A stretch of DNA of 64,000 nucleotides from a virus (lineage: Duplodnaviria; Caudoviricetes): the IMG/VR virus record IMGVR_UViG_3300017917_003016, positions 128,001-192,000 of that record; one strand, given 5' to 3'. Position numbers and translations under genes: made by a program. Below are positions 59,082 through 64,000 of the stretch, in pieces; the stretch's first letter is position 1, and each line of letters opens with the position of its first letter. Under the pieces are notes generated by a model. That model was not told the origin of the DNA. It did no database searches and saw only the letters and a program-made list of their open reading frames with translations.

Positions 59082-59978
59082 ATGAGTAACATAAACCCAC
59101 AAAATATTGACGGTACATTTCCTATAGCGGGACAAGACAATAACAGTCAAGGTTTCCGAGATAATTTTACCAACACAATTAACAATTTTACCTTTGCGGC
59201 TGCTGAGTTAACTGATTTGCAGACTTATGCAGTATTAACAGGTCCTCTAGGGTCGGTTGGTCAAACTGGTACACCAACTAACAATATGAATTATACCTAT
59301 TTGACCGCTCCTCAATTGAAAAAAGCAGTTGAAACTATCAATGCACTAGGTAACGTTTCCCCGGGCGGAAGTCAAACAATTGATTGGAGTGTTGCTCACT
59401 TTCAAACCGTAAGTGTTTCAGGATCAGCCACATTAAGTTTTGCCAGCACATGGCCTGCTAGTGGACTATGGACAAAGTTAAGATTGCGAGTTCTATCTTA
59501 TGGGATTACTGCACTTACTTTACCGGCCACTGTTACAGAAAACGTATCAAAACTGCGAGGATGGACCAGTGGCACCACTGTTTATCTATCAGACGGTTTA
59601 CATGAATATGAATTTTCAACTTACGACAACGGTAGCACTGTTGCTGTACGAGACCTTACAAGAAATTGGGGACCGGTAATACAACAACTTAAACCAACTG
59701 CAAATCTAGCAGTAACTGCCAACGTTGGTGTTGATCGCGTGCTACTTACGCCCACTGGCACTGTAGTTTCCTTTGGTGCAAATGTAACACTACCTAATAC
59801 TAGAACTAACGGAACAACTTTACAAATTTCATCAAACATCGCTGTGTCGCAAATGGCAATAACAGCATCTTGGACCAGCGCAGTGAGTCCTTTTGGAAAT
59901 ATTTCTTCACTGTCGGCCGGTAGCACTGTAGAATTTGTTTATGTAACTGCTGACAATATATGGTATAGAACTAGATAA
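59082..59978 (+). CDS. Structural protein sharing a C-terminal domain with 54214..54765
   Basis: P.AGQDNNSQGFRDNF N-terminus; TATAAATA at 59031-59038. Confidence 0.7.
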   Translation: MSNINPQNIDGTFPIAGQDNNSQGFRDNFTNTINNFTFAAAELTDLQTYAVLTGPLGSVGQTGTPTNNMNYTYLTAPQLKKAVETINALGNVSPGGSQTIDWSVAHFQTVSVSGSATLSFASTWPASGLWTKLRLRVLSYGITALTLPATVTENVSKLRGWTSGTTVYLSDGLHEYEFSTYDNGSTVAVRDLTRNWGPVIQQLKPTANLAVTANVGVDRVLLTPTGTVVSFGANVTLPNTRTNGTTLQISSNIAVSQMAITASWTSAVSPFGNISSLSAGSTVEFVYVTADNIWYRTR

Positions 59979-60043
59979 TTGTTCAAATTAGTTGACTCCT
60001 TGTATGGTTTACTGTAAAGTAACTTTACAAGGAGTTTTCTTTT

Positions 60044-60490
60044 ATGCAAATTGATCTTAACAAATATACAGAATTTGTCAAAGAAGTAACCAGTAAGGAA
60101 TCCAATGATCTAACTACATTTATTAATCGGTTAGATCGCGTAGACGGCAACTACGAGGACTACGGCCCCAACGGTGAAATGCAACACGGGCCGGACTGTA
60201 ATGTTCCCCTGTTACTGACTGCAGCCATTGGTATAGCCGCCGAAGCAGGTGAATTCTGCGAAATTCCTAAGAAGATTTTCTTTCAGGGTAAGAATCTCTC
60301 AGAAGAAGCACTGTTTCACATGAAGCGAGAACTGGGCGATATTATGTGGTATTGGGCCAATGCATGTCGAGCATTAAATCTAGACCCCAATGATGTAATT
60401 GCTGAGAATGTGCGTAAACTACAAGCGAGATACCCCGGTGGTGCCTTTGACCCTTATTACAGCGAGAACCGCCAAGAAGGAGACCTATAA
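60044..60490 (+). CDS. MazG-like nucleotide pyrophosphohydrolase
   Basis: GIAAEAGEF.EI.KK, KRELGDIMWY, N..KL..RYP. Confidence 0.85.
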   Translation: MQIDLNKYTEFVKEVTSKESNDLTTFINRLDRVDGNYEDYGPNGEMQHGPDCNVPLLLTAAIGIAAEAGEFCEIPKKIFFQGKNLSEEALFHMKRELGDIMWYWANACRALNLDPNDVIAENVRKLQARYPGGAFDPYYSENRQEGDL

Positions 60491-60738
60491 TGCATCCGTT
60501 GACACCAGATATATCTGGTCTTACTGACGAAGAATTATTTACTAAACGCAACGAAATTCAAAATCGATTGGGTTTTGCCTATCGAATTGGTAATGCAGAT
60601 ATGGTTAATCAACTTAATCTGTTGCTGCAAGATTATATGTTAGAGACCGAGCGTCGAAATCAAAAAATGTTAGAAGATGCTCGCAAATCGGGTCGGGTGA
60701 ACAATGGCGATGATCCCGCAAGAGATTTAACCAGATGA
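60490..60738 (+). CDS. Hypothetical protein
   Basis: TAATG-coupled. Confidence 0.6.
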   Translation: MHPLTPDISGLTDEELFTKRNEIQNRLGFAYRIGNADMVNQLNLLLQDYMLETERRNQKMLEDARKSGRVNNGDDPARDLTR

Positions 60739-61256
60739 AATGGGATCAGTTTGGTCAGTGTTATACAGACTGTGGTGAACTAGCAGAATTGCTATATAAA
60801 AATCCAGATCTAGATATTGCCCGATTTTTAATACAAGACTACCCTGGACTAGACAAGTATAGGTATGGTAATCATCAACTTTATGCAAATCTACCCGAAC
60901 CCAAAGAGTTTCAAGAATTCACGTGTACCATTGATCAGTTTGATAAAGAAAATCAAAGCCAATGGAGAATGCCGGAAGAATATAAAAACTTTGACATTGC
61001 TAAATGGGTACTAGATCAATGTCAGACTGAAATAGAACTTCAGAGAGTTGGAAAAGAATTGTTGTTATTTCAGGAAAGAGATGCATTTAATTTGTTAAAA
61101 TATCTAAAGTATCTAGTCGACACCCTGAGAAAAAATAATGTTGTTTGGGGGGTTGGCCGCGGCTCCAGTGTGTCAAGTTATGTACTGTATTTGATTGGAG
61201 TACACAAAATTGATTCAATTTATTATAATTTAGATGTTGAAGAATTCCTTAAATAA
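60735..61256 (+). CDS. Stand-alone fragment of DNA polymerase III alpha (DnaE-like)
   Basis: VWGVGRGSSVSSYVLYLIGVHKIDSI.YNLD..EFLK aligns with DnaE GPGRGS..GSLVAY.L.IT.LDP...DLLFERFLN. Confidence 0.75.
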   Translation: MKWDQFGQCYTDCGELAELLYKNPDLDIARFLIQDYPGLDKYRYGNHQLYANLPEPKEFQEFTCTIDQFDKENQSQWRMPEEYKNFDIAKWVLDQCQTEIELQRVGKELLLFQERDAFNLLKYLKYLVDTLRKNNVVWGVGRGSSVSSYVLYLIGVHKIDSIYYNLDVEEFLK

Positions 61257-61281
61257 ATACGCATATAACTAGGAGATTAAC

Positions 61282-61734
61282 ATGGCTAACAATTACAGAA
61301 CCGCAAGAGGAATTCCCATAGATATGGATCGGTTGCGACTAGCCAACGAAACTTCCATTGCAGTTGGCAATATGAAAGTCAATGCAAGGGGAGATCTGTT
61401 AGGCGATGGCGGCAAGATCGTTAAAACTCGTGCTCAAATAATGGCTGAAAAAAATAAGTTACATAACGGTCCTATAGCAGATGATTTTGAAGTTTTTGAG
61501 AATTTGTCCGATAATGAAGTAATTCAACCCGATTTACTACAGGTACAACCCTCAACGCTGCAGCCTGCTGCAGATGATACTCCAATTGCAGAATCTGTTA
61601 ATAAGGAATATACCAGACCTCGAGGTAGTTTTGCTGAGGCTGTTGCTCAGCAGACTGAAGTTGTTCAAGAACTTTTAGATCCCAATCAAGTATTAAAAAA
61701 TACAGATTCACAGCCTGGAATTAAACGCATTTGA
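61282..61734 (+). CDS. Hypothetical protein
   Basis: AGGAG RBS; YRTARG..IDM..L...NE...AVGNM.VNARGD. Confidence 0.7.
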   Translation: MANNYRTARGIPIDMDRLRLANETSIAVGNMKVNARGDLLGDGGKIVKTRAQIMAEKNKLHNGPIADDFEVFENLSDNEVIQPDLLQVQPSTLQPAADDTPIAESVNKEYTRPRGSFAEAVAQQTEVVQELLDPNQVLKNTDSQPGIKRI

Positions 61735-61742
61735 GGAAAATT

Positions 61743-62096
61743 ATGTCAGCATACAGTGCAAAAAAATTTAAGTCTCTAAGACCATTACATGATTACGTTT
61801 TGGTTAGCGATATGAATTTTAAAGAAAAAATCACCAGTAACGGTATTATAATTCAAAGTCTTGATAATAAATTAGAAGGAATACACCCTAGGTGGGGCAA
61901 GGTCTATGCTGTTGGTTCAGATCAAAAAGACGTACAGCCTGGACAATATATACTGGTCAAACACGGTCGCTGGACCAGGGGCACACTAATTGAAGACCAA
62001 AATGGCGAATATACCATTCGCCGTGTGGATACTGCAGACATACTATTAGTCAGCGACGAACCCATGCAAGATGAAACCATAGGTAGTGGCCTGTAA
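61743..62096 (+). CDS. Second, divergent GroES-like co-chaperonin
   Basis: LRPLHDYVLV, T..GIII, G.V.AVG. Confidence 0.75.
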   Translation: MSAYSAKKFKSLRPLHDYVLVSDMNFKEKITSNGIIIQSLDNKLEGIHPRWGKVYAVGSDQKDVQPGQYILVKHGRWTRGTLIEDQNGEYTIRRVDTADILLVSDEPMQDETIGSGL

Positions 62097-62339
62097 TTGA
62101 ATCAAAGAGTGGATTCAGTAAATCATCAACTTACAGAGATAGATGCGGCCAGATATATACGCAATCTGGCTGCAACTGCTCGTAGTTCTCACAGTGATCC
62201 ATTTACTCAATGTACTTGCAAGCACAACTTATTTTTGTTAAAATGTCTAATAGAAGATTTATACAAGGACCTACCAGAATTTCCTAATCAGGAACGCGAG
62301 TGGGAACAAAAACGTCTAATAGAACTATTGCAAAAATAA
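62097..62339 (+). CDS. Hypothetical protein
   Basis: Operon-adjacent ORF. Confidence 0.55.
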   Translation: MNQRVDSVNHQLTEIDAARYIRNLAATARSSHSDPFTQCTCKHNLFLLKCLIEDLYKDLPEFPNQEREWEQKRLIELLQK

Positions 62340-62551
62340 TGTACTACTATAAGTTTATAAACAGTCGTTCAGACTTTCAGAGATGGGAAAGGCCTTGGAA
62401 TCATCATATCAGGCATCTTCCCTACAGTATGCCGCACCAACGGCGCAAGACTAAACTAAAATTTGTAAGAACATGGCTATTTGATCGTTATCACGAGGCT
62501 CCTCGCAAACTCTCTACATTTTACTGGCGTACACACAAGGCAGAACTATGA
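62339..62551 (+). CDS. Hypothetical protein
   Basis: TAATG coupling at 62339. Confidence 0.45.
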   Translation: MYYYKFINSRSDFQRWERPWNHHIRHLPYSMPHQRRKTKLKFVRTWLFDRYHEAPRKLSTFYWRTHKAEL

Positions 62552-63474
62552 AAGAACTATGGGTAGAAAAGTACCGTCCTAAGACTCTGGACGGGTATGT
62601 TTTTCAAGATGTTGCAATGAAAGAGCAAGTAGAATCTTGGATTCGTACAGGAATGATCCCGCATTTGCTACTACATGGTGGCCCGGGTACAGGCAAAACT
62701 ACCTTGGCACGTATGCTGATCAATGAACTAAAGGTGGACGAATATGATGTTATGTTTGCCAACGGAAGTAAAGAAGCACGCAAGATTGAGTGGATTGACA
62801 AACTAATCAGTTTCTGTCAGACCATGCCCTATGGAGATTTTAAAGTTGTATTAATTGACGAAGCAGACTACATGAATCCCGTGAGCGTGCAACCTGCTCT
62901 GCGTAATCTTATGGAGGAATATAGCCAAACTGTGCGTTTTATTCTTACCTGCAACTATCCAAATAAAATTCTGCCTCCAATCCATAGTCGCTGTCAAACT
63001 CTGCACATCAATCGTGCAGATCACACAGAGTTCACAGCACGGGTGGCCACAGTCCTAGTCACTGAAAGTGTAGAATTTGATCTAGATACTCTAGACAGTT
63101 ATGTCAAGGCAACCTATCCAGATCTGCGCAAATGTCTAAATCTTGTACAGCAAAATTCAACTGGCGATCAACTGCGCAGTCCCAAAGAAGGTGACAAGGC
63201 TGTGGGAGATTGGAAGTTAGATTGTGTGTCTCTGTTTAAAGCAGGAAAGATCAAAGAAGCAAGACAACTGTTGTGTAATCAAGCAGAAGCAGAAGAAATG
63301 GACGGTATATTCCGTTGGATGTATGATAATCTTGATCTTTGGTCTAAGACTGAAGAAGGACAAGATGAGGCAATTTTAATCATACGCAAAGGATTAGTAA
63401 ACCATAGTATGGTAGCAGACGCAGAAATCAATCTATCAGCAACACTAGTTGAATTAAGTCAAATTTCTCAATGA
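62548..63474 (+). CDS. Sliding clamp loader AAA+ subunit (T4 gp44/RFC-like)
   Basis: LWVEKYRP, GGPGTGKTT, IDEAD, RFILTCNY, SRC, YPDLR. Confidence 0.93.
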   Translation: MKELWVEKYRPKTLDGYVFQDVAMKEQVESWIRTGMIPHLLLHGGPGTGKTTLARMLINELKVDEYDVMFANGSKEARKIEWIDKLISFCQTMPYGDFKVVLIDEADYMNPVSVQPALRNLMEEYSQTVRFILTCNYPNKILPPIHSRCQTLHINRADHTEFTARVATVLVTESVEFDLDTLDSYVKATYPDLRKCLNLVQQNSTGDQLRSPKEGDKAVGDWKLDCVSLFKAGKIKEARQLLCNQAEAEEMDGIFRWMYDNLDLWSKTEEGQDEAILIIRKGLVNHSMVADAEINLSATLVELSQISQ

Positions 63475-64000
63475 AGATCGGCGTTTTTGGTGACAGTTTT
63501 GCTGCAGATAATCAATTTTGGTGCGAAAAAACCAACACCTTACCTAGTTCTGATCCCTTTATTTGGTGGAAATTACTAGAAAATTTTGGTCACGAAGTGA
63601 CTAGTTTTGGCCAAGAAGGCACTAGTATTTTATACAGTATCAATCAGATTAAAAAGAACTACTCAAAATTTGATTTTATCATATGGTGTTGTACACAGTC
63701 ATCACGAATAACCTTGCCTATTGATGAACGGCCCGGATATCTAAATTCCTCTACTTTTTTAGATCAAGAACACACACAAGATAAATTTATTTTAGACAGT
63801 ACACATAAAAAAATTCAACTGCTAAAAGATTGGTTTAGGTATGCACACAACCAAAAGGAATCTGAATTAATTGGACTAGCATTAGTTAATCTTCTGTTAT
63901 CAAAATTTGATAATCTAATGATAATTCCCTGTTTTGATGATCCGTGTTTTACAAATTTTGATTTGTTTTCCTTGAGCCAGCGAGAAATTAAAAACTTCTT
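63471..64000 (+). CDS. SGNH-like hypothetical protein, partial (runs off window end)
   Basis: ATG at 63471: MKIGVFGDSFA..., G.EGTS; absent from ORF track. Confidence 0.55.
   Translation, partial: MKIGVFGDSFAADNQFWCEKTNTLPSSDPFIWWKLLENFGHEVTSFGQEGTSILYSINQIKKNYSKFDFIIWCCTQSSRITLPIDERPGYLNSSTFLDQEHTQDKFILDSTHKKIQLLKDWFRYAHNQKESELIGLALVNLLLSKFDNLMIIPCFDDPCFTNFDLFSLSQREIKNF

Overview
This window looks like part of a large lytic dsDNA (T4-like/jumbo) phage genome rather than a bacterial chromosome. Evidence: dense small ORFs, T4-type late promoter motif (T/C/G/A)ATAAATA before structural genes, near-consensus sigma70 promoters before early-type genes, ATP-dependent ligase, clamp loader, MazG-like protein and very long tail-fibre/baseplate genes. 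GroES/GroEL/ErpA sequences suggest a proteobacterial (possibly betaproteobacterial) host; this is inference only. Layout: (1) 1.1-6.8 kb, 18 CCA-encoding tRNAs interleaved with TilS, SpeD, an RNase H-like protein, a homing-type endonuclease and two non-coding structured segments; (2) 6.8-11.8 kb, a CHASE2 adenylate cyclase and peptidase S11 converging on a desaturase/membrane-protein operon; (3) 11.8-17.7 kb, NDP-sugar dehydrogenase, 2OG-Fe(II) oxygenase and amidinotransferase; (4) 17.8-29 kb, UvsE, TraR/DksA finger, ClpP, radical SAM, DNA methyltransferase, tmRNA, GroES/EL; (5) 29-46 kb and 54-60 kb, structural/tail-fibre genes; (6) 46-54 kb and 60-64 kb, ligase, lipoproteins, IF-1, ErpA, a DnaE fragment, a second GroES-like gene and clamp loader. 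Strongest unusual signals: a circularly permuted two-piece tmRNA whose 194-nt intervening segment carries a 73-codon ORF running across the predicted RNase P site, a 29-codon tag ending AVAA, a tRNA-Ser with ACU anticodon, and a roughly 210-nt multi-helix RNA among the tRNAs. All assignments come from reading motifs by eye; no searches were run.
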